DNA of 64,000 nucleotides. Source: Candidatus Iainarchaeum sp. GTDB taxonomy: Archaea > Iainarchaeota > Iainarchaeia > Iainarchaeales > GCA-2688035. Below, piece by piece: positions 56,406 to 64,000 of this stretch. Position 1 is the first letter of the stretch. Each line of letters opens with the position of its first letter. The notes under the pieces were generated by a model. The model had not been told where the DNA came from. It ran no database searches and saw only the letters and a list, made by a program, of their open reading frames with translations. The stretch covers positions 1 through 64,000 of the forward strand of contig JAFCCO010000004.1 in assembly GCA_017610175.1 (NCBI GenBank), in the 5' to 3' direction. A program made the position numbers and the translations under genes.

Positions 56406-56817
56406 AAAGAAAGAGTGGAAACGCACATTGATTCCGCTTGTTTCGGGAAAAGAAAATGACGACTATTTTATCAGGCGCGCAGGCGAGGGCGCGGATGAGC
56501 TTGTGCTGCTTCTGGTTGTTGACACTGCCGCAATGCCTGGCGGGTTTGGGTTTGCCGCATCAGAGATAGGGCACGGCAACGCATTAATGGAGGAAATTAA
56601 GGAAACCGCAAAAAAGCATGTGCGCGAATGCAAGGACATCGTTGAGTGGGGGGACACCGAATCAAAAATAACCCACCTGATTCAGTTAAAAGAAATTAAG
56701 CGCGTCTTCCTTATAAAGCAGGACAACGAATTTTTTAAAAATCTTGTAAAGGCGATTGGTAAAAATACAAATGCAGAGGTTGAATTGGTTGAGCTGGAGG
56801 AAATGAAAGATGAGTGA
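56368..56817 (+). CDS. Universal-stress-protein-like hypothetical protein
   Basis: LIPL..LLLVVD..VEWGD..KI pattern; start uncertain. Confidence 0.55.
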   Translation: MKKAKKPTSSSAEKKEWKRTLIPLVSGKENDDYFIRRAGEGADELVLLLVVDTAAMPGGFGFAASEIGHGNALMEEIKETAKKHVRECKDIVEWGDTESKITHLIQLKEIKRVFLIKQDNEFFKNLVKAIGKNTNAEVELVELEEMKDE

Positions 56818-57601
56818 CCTGCTTGAAGTTGCAAAGAAAGCCGCAAGGGCGGGCGGAAAGGTTGCAATGAAATATTTTGGGACAGATGTTGAATTTGAAA
56901 CAAAGGAAGACAAAACATTTGTGAGTGTTGCAGACCGCGAGTCAGAGGAAGAAATCAGAAAAATTGTTAGCGCCAAGTTTCCAAAACACGAAATCAAGGG
57001 AGAGGAAGGCAGTGAAACAGGGAAAAGCAACATTGTGTGGCACGTTGACCCGATTGACGGCACAAGCAACTTCAAAAACAACATCCCCCTAAGTGCAGTT
57101 TCAATCGGGATTGAAAAGGACGGGGAGTTTATAGTGGGAGTTGTTTACCACCCCCACGTTGACGAACTGTATCACGCTGAAAAGGGAAAGGGGGCTTTTC
57201 TGAACGGAAAGCCAATCAAAGTAAATTCATTCACCCCGAACGAAGGGATTATTGTAATCGATTCATCCTTTCGGGGGGACAGAGTTCCAAGAAAGTACAA
57301 GGCCTTTGGGGGGATATTGAAAAGATGCTCGCGCTACAGGATGATTGGCTGCGCATCGCTTCAGCTCTGCTGGCTTGCGCGCGGAAACTTTGTTTCATCA
57401 CTCTCTGACGCCATCCACTCCTTCGACTTTGCGGCAGGAGCGGTTATTGTAAGGGAAGCGGGCGGCATTGTAACCGACACGCTTGGAAACGAATTGAGCG
57501 CAGACTCAAAAGCAATTGTTGCATCAAACAATAAAGAGAACCACAAAATGGTTGTGGACGTTACAAAACAGTTTTACAAGGGGTACAAGGGAATTGATTA
57601 A
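56810..57601 (+). CDS. suhB: Inositol monophosphatase / FBPase family
   Basis: GEE, VDPIDGTSNF, DFAAG..IVREAGG. Confidence 0.9.
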   Translation: MSDLLEVAKKAARAGGKVAMKYFGTDVEFETKEDKTFVSVADRESEEEIRKIVSAKFPKHEIKGEEGSETGKSNIVWHVDPIDGTSNFKNNIPLSAVSIGIEKDGEFIVGVVYHPHVDELYHAEKGKGAFLNGKPIKVNSFTPNEGIIVIDSSFRGDRVPRKYKAFGGILKRCSRYRMIGCASLQLCWLARGNFVSSLSDAIHSFDFAAGAVIVREAGGIVTDTLGNELSADSKAIVASNNKENHKMVVDVTKQFYKGYKGID

Positions 57602-58686
57602 TTTCCCTTAACAATCTTTTCGGCAATTTTCCTTTTCTTCTTTGCCTTTGCCTGGTGCTTCTTCAGCATATCCTTTAGGAAGTCCTTTGTGTACTGCTTG
57701 CACTCACTGCAAAGCCACTTTCCTTCCCTGCACTCGTCCCAAATCCTCTGAACCTCTTTCCCATCCTCAAGGTGGAACAAAAGCAGTTCGTGAACCTTGC
57801 AGACCCCCGGGTTTCCGCCAAGCCTTCTTTGCTCTTCAAGCGTGTTCCTTCCGCCTGTAAAAGCGTTTGAAACCTTGCGGTCCAGCTCGGATTCTGAATC
57901 GTTCAGGAAAATTGCAGTGTCAGGCTGAGAGGCCGACATTTTTGAACCCTCCTTAAGCCCGCTTTGGTGCCTGAAGTAAATGAATGAAGGAACCTCCAAT
58001 GGATAGGATAGGCGCTTTGCAATATCCCTCGTTAAGCGTGCATGCGGGTCCTGGTCCAAACCAATCCCGGTAATGCTCGGCATCTTTCCATCAAATTCGT
58101 CAAGCTGCCCGTGCAGAATGTCGGCGTACTGCAAAAGGTTTGCGGAAACCTTGCCCAAGTCAAGGTGCCCGTAGATTGCCTCAAACATGTTTTTGGTTAT
58201 CTTCTTGCTGAGCTCAAACGCAAAGCTGTAGTAACGCCTTTCACGGTTGCTCTGCACCTTAATGTCCTTTGCGCCAACACCCAGCGCAAGTGCGTCAGCG
58301 GCATTGTCGATTGCAAATTTCTGCGCGTATGCAAGGGACCGAATCTTTTTGTCGGGCCTGCTTACATAGCCGTCTATGTCGCAAACACAGAAATAGTTTT
58401 TGGCCCCAAGTGACTTGAACAAAACAAACAGGTCAATGTCCGCTTTGTGCCCAAGATGAAACTGCCCCGAGCTTGCAATCCCTGTAATGTTTATGAACGG
58501 CTTTTTGGATTCAATTCTTGAAAGGACTTTTCCAAAATCTCTGTGTGCAACAATTATTCCGCGCGAAAAAAACCTGTGACCCATTTTGCTTCGCCAGTTT
58601 TCGGGAAACTCCGAGAGGCCAAACTGTTTGAATACGTGCTCGTAATCGCTTACTGCAGCGCTTGCCCAAGGATCTATTTTTGCCAT
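57598..58686 (-). CDS. trpS: Tryptophanyl-tRNA synthetase, archaeal type
   Basis: IDPW, HRD, HLGH, QYADI, GLDQDPH, KMSAS, AFTGGR. Confidence 0.93.
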   Translation of the reverse strand: MAKIDPWASAAVSDYEHVFKQFGLSEFPENWRSKMGHRFFSRGIIVAHRDFGKVLSRIESKKPFINITGIASSGQFHLGHKADIDLFVLFKSLGAKNYFCVCDIDGYVSRPDKKIRSLAYAQKFAIDNAADALALGVGAKDIKVQSNRERRYYSFAFELSKKITKNMFEAIYGHLDLGKVSANLLQYADILHGQLDEFDGKMPSITGIGLDQDPHARLTRDIAKRLSYPLEVPSFIYFRHQSGLKEGSKMSASQPDTAIFLNDSESELDRKVSNAFTGGRNTLEEQRRLGGNPGVCKVHELLLFHLEDGKEVQRIWDECREGKWLCSECKQYTKDFLKDMLKKHQAKAKKKRKIAEKIVKGN

Positions 58687-58750
58687 CCATTCACCTAAAT
58701 ACTTATTTATAAACTATTTAATGTAGTAATTAATAATATTTAAACCCTAG

Positions 58751-59266
58751 GTGTTGCATTTGGGAGAACTATTGCAGAACAAAGTTGTTGTCGGGGACAA
58801 AAAAACAAAGGACACCCTGCTTCAAAAGGGATTCGGGGAAAAGAAGGGGAAGGAACTTGTTCTTGACTTAAAGGAAGCTCTTTTTCTTTTGGAGAAAGAC
58901 AAGCTTGAGGTAGAGCTTGCGGGAAAAAAGCTTTCAGCCAAAAAGCTGAGGGAGTATGCTTCGGCACGCGAGGCAAAATTTTACTCAAAATTCCTTGTGT
59001 TCTCAGATTTGAGGGAGAAGGGTTTCTGCGTTAAAACAGGGTTCAAATTTGGATTCGATTTCAGGGTTTATCCCCGCGGAAAGAAACCGGGAGAGGCCCA
59101 CACACAGCAGGTTGTGAAGGTCTTTACCCAGGATGACGGGAAAAGCATGATTGAACTTAGCAGAATGGTCAGGCTTGCAGGCAACCTAAGGACTCTTTTT
59201 AGCATAGCCGTTGTAGACAGCGAAAACGACATAAACTATTACTCAATTCAGCGAATTACGCCTTAG
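58751..59266 (+). CDS. endA: tRNA-splicing endonuclease (tRNA-intron lyase) subunit
   Basis: EALFL, DLREKG..KTGFKFG.DFRVY, H, AVVD.ENDINYY. Confidence 0.9.
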   Translation: MLHLGELLQNKVVVGDKKTKDTLLQKGFGEKKGKELVLDLKEALFLLEKDKLEVELAGKKLSAKKLREYASAREAKFYSKFLVFSDLREKGFCVKTGFKFGFDFRVYPRGKKPGEAHTQQVVKVFTQDDGKSMIELSRMVRLAGNLRTLFSIAVVDSENDINYYSIQRITP

Positions 59267-59287
59267 TGCCGCTTCGCTGAACCCGAA

Positions 59288-59325
59288 TTAAAAAAATAGA
59301 AAAAGTAAAAAAAAAGAAATAAACC
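59288..59325 (-). terminator. Oligo-T tract downstream of the histone gene
   Basis: A-runs on the plus strand are T-runs on the minus strand. Confidence 0.45.
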
Positions 59326-59332
59326 AGAGACT

Positions 59333-59509
59333 TTACAAGTCTTCTGGCCTAACTGTCTTTCTTCCGTTTGCCTGTGCCCTTGCACATGCCTTGCCTACAA
59401 CGTCAGCAACTGCTGCACTGAGTGCGTCTGGGAAGTCTCCGGCCATATTACAGCCTGCTCCCTTTACTGCTTCCTTAACTTTACTTCCAACAACTAACAA
59501 ATCTCCCAT
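59333..59509 (-). CDS. Small histone-fold protein (DUF1931-like singlet)
   Basis: LVVGSKVKE..AGDF..AL..KA..RAQANGRKTVRPEDL; GGAGG RBS. Confidence 0.85.
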   Translation of the reverse strand: MGDLLVVGSKVKEAVKGAGCNMAGDFPDALSAAVADVVGKACARAQANGRKTVRPEDL

Positions 59510-59659
59510 ATTATTCAACCTCCATATACTAGTTGTAAAACCGCTTTAAGCGGCTTTTTCTGCATTATTAAGAAACGCAAAGTTATTTAAATGCAAGCGA
59601 AAAAAGTGCCCAAAAACGGCAAAAAACAGGGGTTTTGGGGAAAAATGGTTGAAATGCAA

Positions 59660-60028
59660 TCAGCCTAGATGCTTTCTGACTTCTTGAACAATGCGCTCAC
59701 TGCTGAACGGCTTGTGAATGCAACCGCAAATATTTATCTCCTTTAACGACTCCAGACCCCCTGATGAAATTCTCGCGGTCGACATCAAAATAAGTTTCAT
59801 TTCATTTAGATCGGAGTTCTTGGATATTTCTTCGCATACCTGCCTGCCGCTCATATTGGGCATGAACAAATCAATAAAAGCAAGGTCAAAGTGCTCGGAG
59901 CAAACCTTCTTAATTGCCTCTTTGCCATCCAAGGCTATTGAAACAAGCACATTTTCGCCTGCCAAGGCATGGGAAACAGACTCGCAAATTGCCTGCTCAT
60001 CATCAACTACAATTATTTTCTTGGTCAT
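59660..60028 (-). CDS. Stand-alone response regulator receiver (CheY-like)
   Basis: IIVVDDE, DLFMPNMSG (phospho-Asp), ST, HKPF. Confidence 0.9.
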   Translation of the reverse strand: MTKKIIVVDDEQAICESVSHALAGENVLVSIALDGKEAIKKVCSEHFDLAFIDLFMPNMSGRQVCEEISKNSDLNEMKLILMSTARISSGGLESLKEINICGCIHKPFSSERIVQEVRKHLG

Positions 60029-60167
60029 TCTGAAAAAAAGCCCCCCAGCTGTTATAATTATATAATTAATTCCAGGGTTAATAAGTCTTAGCAAAGTTTA
60101 AACAAAATAAGGTAAATGTTTAAACTAATTAAATGTTTAAATAACCCTTAATGTCAGAATAAAAACA

Positions 60168-61268
60168 ATGACCGGGGGGATAGAGGTCTGTGACACCACG
60201 CTTCGCGATGGTGAGCAAATGCCTGGGGTGGTTTTTTCACTCAAAGAAAAAAGAGAACTTGCAAGAGCTTCCTCCGAATTCGGGTCCAGCATAATCGAAG
60301 TCATGCCTGCGATTTCAAAAACAGAGCAAAGGCTTGCCAAAAGCCTTGCACATGAAAACCTTGCCGCAAAAATAACCGCTTCAACCCTCTCCAAAAAAGA
60401 ACACATTGAGCTTGCAACAAACTGCGATCTTGACCACATAACCCTTTTTACATCACTTTCAGACAACCATTTGAAACACAAGCTTAATATCTCCAGGGAA
60501 GAGAACCTTTCAAAATCACTTGAAATGGTGGACTTTGCAAAGTCACAGGGGCTTGCCGTTGCTTTTGCAGGGGAGGATTCAACAAGGGCAAACAAAGAAT
60601 ACCTCCACAAATTCGTTAAGGCAATGGCCGGCAAAATAGATTATTTTCTCCCATGCGACACAGTGGGCTGCCTGCAACCATTTCAGACTTACAGATTCAT
60701 AAAACAACTCGTAAAAAATACAGGCAGCAAAATTGCACTGCACACCCACAACGACTTTGGCATGGCAACCGCAAACACAATTGCAGGAATAATGGCGGGG
60801 GCAGAGGTCTTCTCCGGAACGTTCAACGGAATTGGGGAGAGAAGTGGGAATGCAGCAATCGAAGAGGTGTGCATGGCATTAAAGGTTCTGCTCAAAAAAG
60901 ACCTTGGGTTGAAGTATGAAATGCTTACAAGAATCTGCAACAGGGTGGAAAAGTATTCAAGGGCAAAAATGCACAAACACAAACCCATTGTTGGAAAGAA
61001 TTCTTTCAGGCACGAGTCCGGCACGCACGTTGCAGGCGTGTTGAAAGATCCGTCAACTTACGAAATATTTGATCCTGCAGAAGTGGGCCAGACAAGAAAA
61101 ATAGTGTTTGGCAAACACTCCGGAATGCGTGCAGTAAAAAAGATTCTGAAGGGGTCAAAGGGAAGGCTCAACAGAAAACTGCAGCTTCTGAAAAGAACCG
61201 CTGAACGGGAGAAAAAAAGCTTTTCGGAGAGAAAGGCAAGGAAGCTAATGCTGGGGAGCTTGCAATGA
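60168..61268 (+). CDS. Homocitrate/isopropylmalate-synthase-family (DRE-TIM) acyl-CoA condensing enzyme, no regulatory domain
   Basis: DTTLRDGEQ, EDSTR, CDTVG, HTHNDFG, GERSGNA, HESGTH, GKHSG. Confidence 0.88.
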   Translation: MTGGIEVCDTTLRDGEQMPGVVFSLKEKRELARASSEFGSSIIEVMPAISKTEQRLAKSLAHENLAAKITASTLSKKEHIELATNCDLDHITLFTSLSDNHLKHKLNISREENLSKSLEMVDFAKSQGLAVAFAGEDSTRANKEYLHKFVKAMAGKIDYFLPCDTVGCLQPFQTYRFIKQLVKNTGSKIALHTHNDFGMATANTIAGIMAGAEVFSGTFNGIGERSGNAAIEEVCMALKVLLKKDLGLKYEMLTRICNRVEKYSRAKMHKHKPIVGKNSFRHESGTHVAGVLKDPSTYEIFDPAEVGQTRKIVFGKHSGMRAVKKILKGSKGRLNRKLQLLKRTAEREKKSFSERKARKLMLGSLQ

Positions 61269-62071
61269 GTAGCTTGGGCGAACTGAGAAAATTCCTGCGC
61301 CTGAAAATTGCGTTCGGAACAGCAAGCTTTGGAGTGATTGCATTTCTATTGTTCAACAACATGGGAAGCGCGATTGTCTTTCCAGTAGCAAGCATCTTCC
61401 TGCTTACAATAGCCGGCTACTCATACAACTCAGTTACAGATGTGAAGGAGGACAGGACAAACCTTGGCCGCGTAAACAAGTTTGCGGAGGGAGCAGAGGG
61501 AAAAGCAATTGCATTTGCATTCTTTGCAGGGGGGACGGCGTTTGCATTATTTCTTGAAACTGTTGCACTGGCAGCATACCTTGCCGCTGCTTTTCTTTTC
61601 TGGGCATACTCAAAATTCAGGGTAAAAAAAGTATTGCTCGGAAAGAACGTTTACATCTGGCTGCTTTTTGCGCTTGTTTTCCTGATTGGGACAAATGCAA
61701 CTGAGCCAACCGCTGTTGGAATTGCATACTCAATTTTCTTTTCAGCGTTTATTTTTGTGCAAAGCATTATTGCGGACTTAAGAGATGTTAAGGGCGACCG
61801 CAAAGCCGGACTTAAAACACTGCCCATTGCGCTTGGGACTGCAAACGCAAAAGCATTGCTTACAGTATTTATTGTTGCGTGGCAGGTTAGCTTGCTTGCA
61901 ATAAGCCCGCTGTTCTTTGTGCTCTTTGTTCCGTTCACCGCAGCAGACATATTTTTCCTGGCAAAGGGAGAGTACACAAAAGCCCACTTGTCGGGTTTTG
62001 TTGGAGCGCACGTTTTCAGCGCCTCACTTGTTTTGGTAAATTTATTCATTTATTTCGGAGGTGTTGTTTGA
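61265..62071 (+). CDS. UbiA-family prenyltransferase
   Basis: NSVTDVKED and DLRDVKGDRKAGLKTLP; multi-TM. Confidence 0.85.
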   Translation: MSSLGELRKFLRLKIAFGTASFGVIAFLLFNNMGSAIVFPVASIFLLTIAGYSYNSVTDVKEDRTNLGRVNKFAEGAEGKAIAFAFFAGGTAFALFLETVALAAYLAAAFLFWAYSKFRVKKVLLGKNVYIWLLFALVFLIGTNATEPTAVGIAYSIFFSAFIFVQSIIADLRDVKGDRKAGLKTLPIALGTANAKALLTVFIVAWQVSLLAISPLFFVLFVPFTAADIFFLAKGEYTKAHLSGFVGAHVFSASLVLVNLFIYFGGVV

Positions 62072-62934
62072 TGTTTACCCATGAAACAAAGGAAGCCGGG
62101 TTCACAAAAAAAGTTTTTCTTGCAGGAAAGAGGATAAAACCCGCAATCGGAATAATTCTTCCATTCACACTATTGCATGCGGCGCTATTCAATGTGTTCT
62201 CAATTGAATCTGTGTTTATTGCAATCGGCTTTGCTTCAATTTACCTCTTTGCAGACATGTTCAACGACTTCTATGATTTGCATGAAGACCTTAGAAACGA
62301 AAGAAAGGACAAGCTGTTGATTTCAACAGGCATGAAGAAGAGGCAAATCCTTCACATGTCCTATTTTTTCCTAGTGTTTGGAGTGACTCTGCTGTTTGGA
62401 TTCTCCGCCGTGCTTGGTGCTGCCGGATTGTTTCTTGCAATTGCAGGATGGGCTTACACACACCCTTTTGTTAGGCTGAAAAAATACGAAGTTTATGGCT
62501 ATGTGTTAAGCAGCACGCCCTTTTTTGCGCTTCCGTTTGCACTCTCAAGCCATTACGGGCGGGAGTTTTCCATTTCACTGGCCCTGCTGGCTGTTTTTAG
62601 TTATACGCAGTATGTTTACATTCTTTGCCAGAAGGATGCAACAGATTTGAAGGATGATGTAAACCTGTTTCTTAAAAGAAGCAACACGGTTGCTTCGCTG
62701 ATAACCGGAGCGTTTTCAATCACGGCATCGCTTGCAATTCTTGCAGTTGCAATGTTAAGCGGCCTGCAATTACTTTTGATTGTGTGGATTGCAAATCTTG
62801 CAATAAAGCTGAAGAATCTTTCTGGAATCTACTCCAAAAGTATTGGGAGGGGAAAGAGATTCAGGCTGACAACATATGAATTCATATCGCACTATGCCTT
62901 TTTTGTTGCGGCTTTGTTAGCCGGATTTGTATGA
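62071..62934 (+). CDS. Second, divergent UbiA-family prenyltransferase
   Basis: NDFYDLHED, YT.P.VRLK, KDATDLKDD; GGAGGTG RBS. Confidence 0.78.
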   Translation: MFTHETKEAGFTKKVFLAGKRIKPAIGIILPFTLLHAALFNVFSIESVFIAIGFASIYLFADMFNDFYDLHEDLRNERKDKLLISTGMKKRQILHMSYFFLVFGVTLLFGFSAVLGAAGLFLAIAGWAYTHPFVRLKKYEVYGYVLSSTPFFALPFALSSHYGREFSISLALLAVFSYTQYVYILCQKDATDLKDDVNLFLKRSNTVASLITGAFSITASLAILAVAMLSGLQLLLIVWIANLAIKLKNLSGIYSKSIGRGKRFRLTTYEFISHYAFFVAALLAGFV

Positions 62935-63927
62935 GAGAATAAGCTTTCTGGAGAACTCCTTTGAGCCAACAAATTTGAATGAGTTGTCCATCGCCCTTAG
63001 ATAGCCAAGAATGTATTGTGCAATGAAGTCCCATTTGTCCTTAGCAAGTTGCATGCCGTAGGGAGGGTGTCGTATGTTGACCGAAAGGCTCTTGCCATTT
63101 TGCAAAATGTCAACTTCGCCAAAGCCGTTAAGCTGGAAGAGAAGCTTTGCATGCCTGAACCCTCCATTAAATTCTCTTGATTTGGATAGCTTGGTTTTGA
63201 AAAAATCCTCCGAAGCTCTTGCAAGCAGTTCAAGCTTCACGCCCTTCTGTGCAATTAAGTGCGGAAGGGAAGTTTCCATAATGAACATTTTTTTGCCCAA
63301 GTAAAATACACGGTTTTTGCGCAGCGAAACAGCCCCTGCACGAATCAGTTCCTCCAAGGATTGCTTTTTGTTGGGCCTCATTGTGTTCAGCCAATAATAT
63401 TCCTTCTTGTCCTTGAGTGCTAGGTCAATTTTTTCGTTTCCGAGCGCGATTGTGTAAACTCCGCCGGTTCCATTCCAGTCAAGGTTCACAAGATTTGCTT
63501 TCTTCAAATAGTATGCTTCAACCACTCCGGTGAAAAGCCCTTTGGAGAAACTGTTTTCCCCAATGAATCTGACGAAAGGTTCGCCCTTTGTTTCAATAAT
63601 TGTGTTTTCCCCGGATTTTTTTGCGTGGCATTTTTCAAGAATGCCGATTTTTTTCCAGAGCCGTTCAAGAAGGAGATTAATGCAGCTTTCAAGCGGCAAA
63701 ACCTTTACAACAGACGGAGCGTAAGCATTAATCATTATGGTCATCCAGTCCCCTGCAAGCTCTTCCATCTCTTTTTCGAAACCTGCCTTTTCGCACATTT
63801 GGAAATAGTTTGCAAGGATTTCCTCAAAGAAAAGGATGTCCCTTCTTTTTTTGCCAAAGCCCGAACTGAAAAGCGAGCCACGCCTTGACTGGACAATTTT
63901 TCTTTGGATAAAATCAGCCAATGACAT
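62917..63927 (-). CDS. Protein with two V4R/H-NOX-like ligand-binding repeats
   Basis: LWKKIG..EPF..FSKGLFTG and LNGFGEVDI..HPPY..FIAQYILG patterns. Confidence 0.55.
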   Translation of the reverse strand: MSLADFIQRKIVQSRRGSLFSSGFGKKRRDILFFEEILANYFQMCEKAGFEKEMEELAGDWMTIMINAYAPSVVKVLPLESCINLLLERLWKKIGILEKCHAKKSGENTIIETKGEPFVRFIGENSFSKGLFTGVVEAYYLKKANLVNLDWNGTGGVYTIALGNEKIDLALKDKKEYYWLNTMRPNKKQSLEELIRAGAVSLRKNRVFYLGKKMFIMETSLPHLIAQKGVKLELLARASEDFFKTKLSKSREFNGGFRHAKLLFQLNGFGEVDILQNGKSLSVNIRHPPYGMQLAKDKWDFIAQYILGYLRAMDNSFKFVGSKEFSRKLILSYKSG

Positions 63928-63943
63928 GCTTTGCCCCCCCTAA

Positions 63944-64000
63944 TTAGACTGCTTTCGTTTTTCCCATTCTGATACTTTTGGAATCAATAACTACGGAGTG
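63944..64000 (-). CDS. 3' end of a gene entering from beyond the window (...HSVVIDSKSIRMGKTKAV*)
   Basis: Open frame ending in TAA 16 nt before the next gene's ATG. Confidence 0.45.
   Translation of the reverse strand, partial: HSVVIDSKSIRMGKTKAV

Noticed and set aside
57598-59266. trpS-endA adjacency
   Set aside because: A linkage I recall as common in archaea; not novel
63944-64000. KaiC/RAD55-like identity of the partial last gene
   Set aside because: Only 18 residues are visible; the resemblance is too weak to call

Overview
Gene-dense chromosomal window from an anaerobic archaeon. Archaeal markers are dph5, endA, nucS, DUF357, an archaeal-type TrpRS, TATA-box promoters and GGAGGTG ribosome-binding sites. 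A DPANN lineage such as Iainarchaeota/Diapherotrites is my inference from gene content and was not tested. (1) 1.5-19 kb is an all-plus-strand metal/Fe-S/thiol-redox island: DUF134, CDF-NifX, two NifX proteins, AhpD, radical SAM, NADH oxidase-like, ArsR, DUF5320, DUF59, HypB-like GTPase, ferredoxins, ferredoxin:thioredoxin reductase, thioredoxins and two MinD-ferredoxin ATPases. A repeated palindromic operator, ATG[AC]ACATATG[TC][TC]CA[TA], occurs three times in it. (2) 19-45 kb holds housekeeping genes (nucS, peptidases, polX, porGDAB, glnA, dph5, tRNA-Pro(CGG), pyrG, metK) and an unusual amino-sugar cluster (PfkB-NagB fusion, PIG-L deacetylase, GT4, GH100-like). (3) 46-54 kb encodes secreted/surface proteins with two different shared C-terminal motifs. 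(4) 54-64 kb holds trxB, an IMPase, trpS, endA lacking its catalytic Lys, a small histone, and a module of response regulator / homocitrate-synthase-like enzyme / two UbiA proteins / tandem V4R-like protein. That last module and the amino-sugar cluster are the best candidates for undescribed systems. No CRISPR array, rRNA, transposase or integrase was seen. All family assignments come from motif recognition by eye; no database searches were run.
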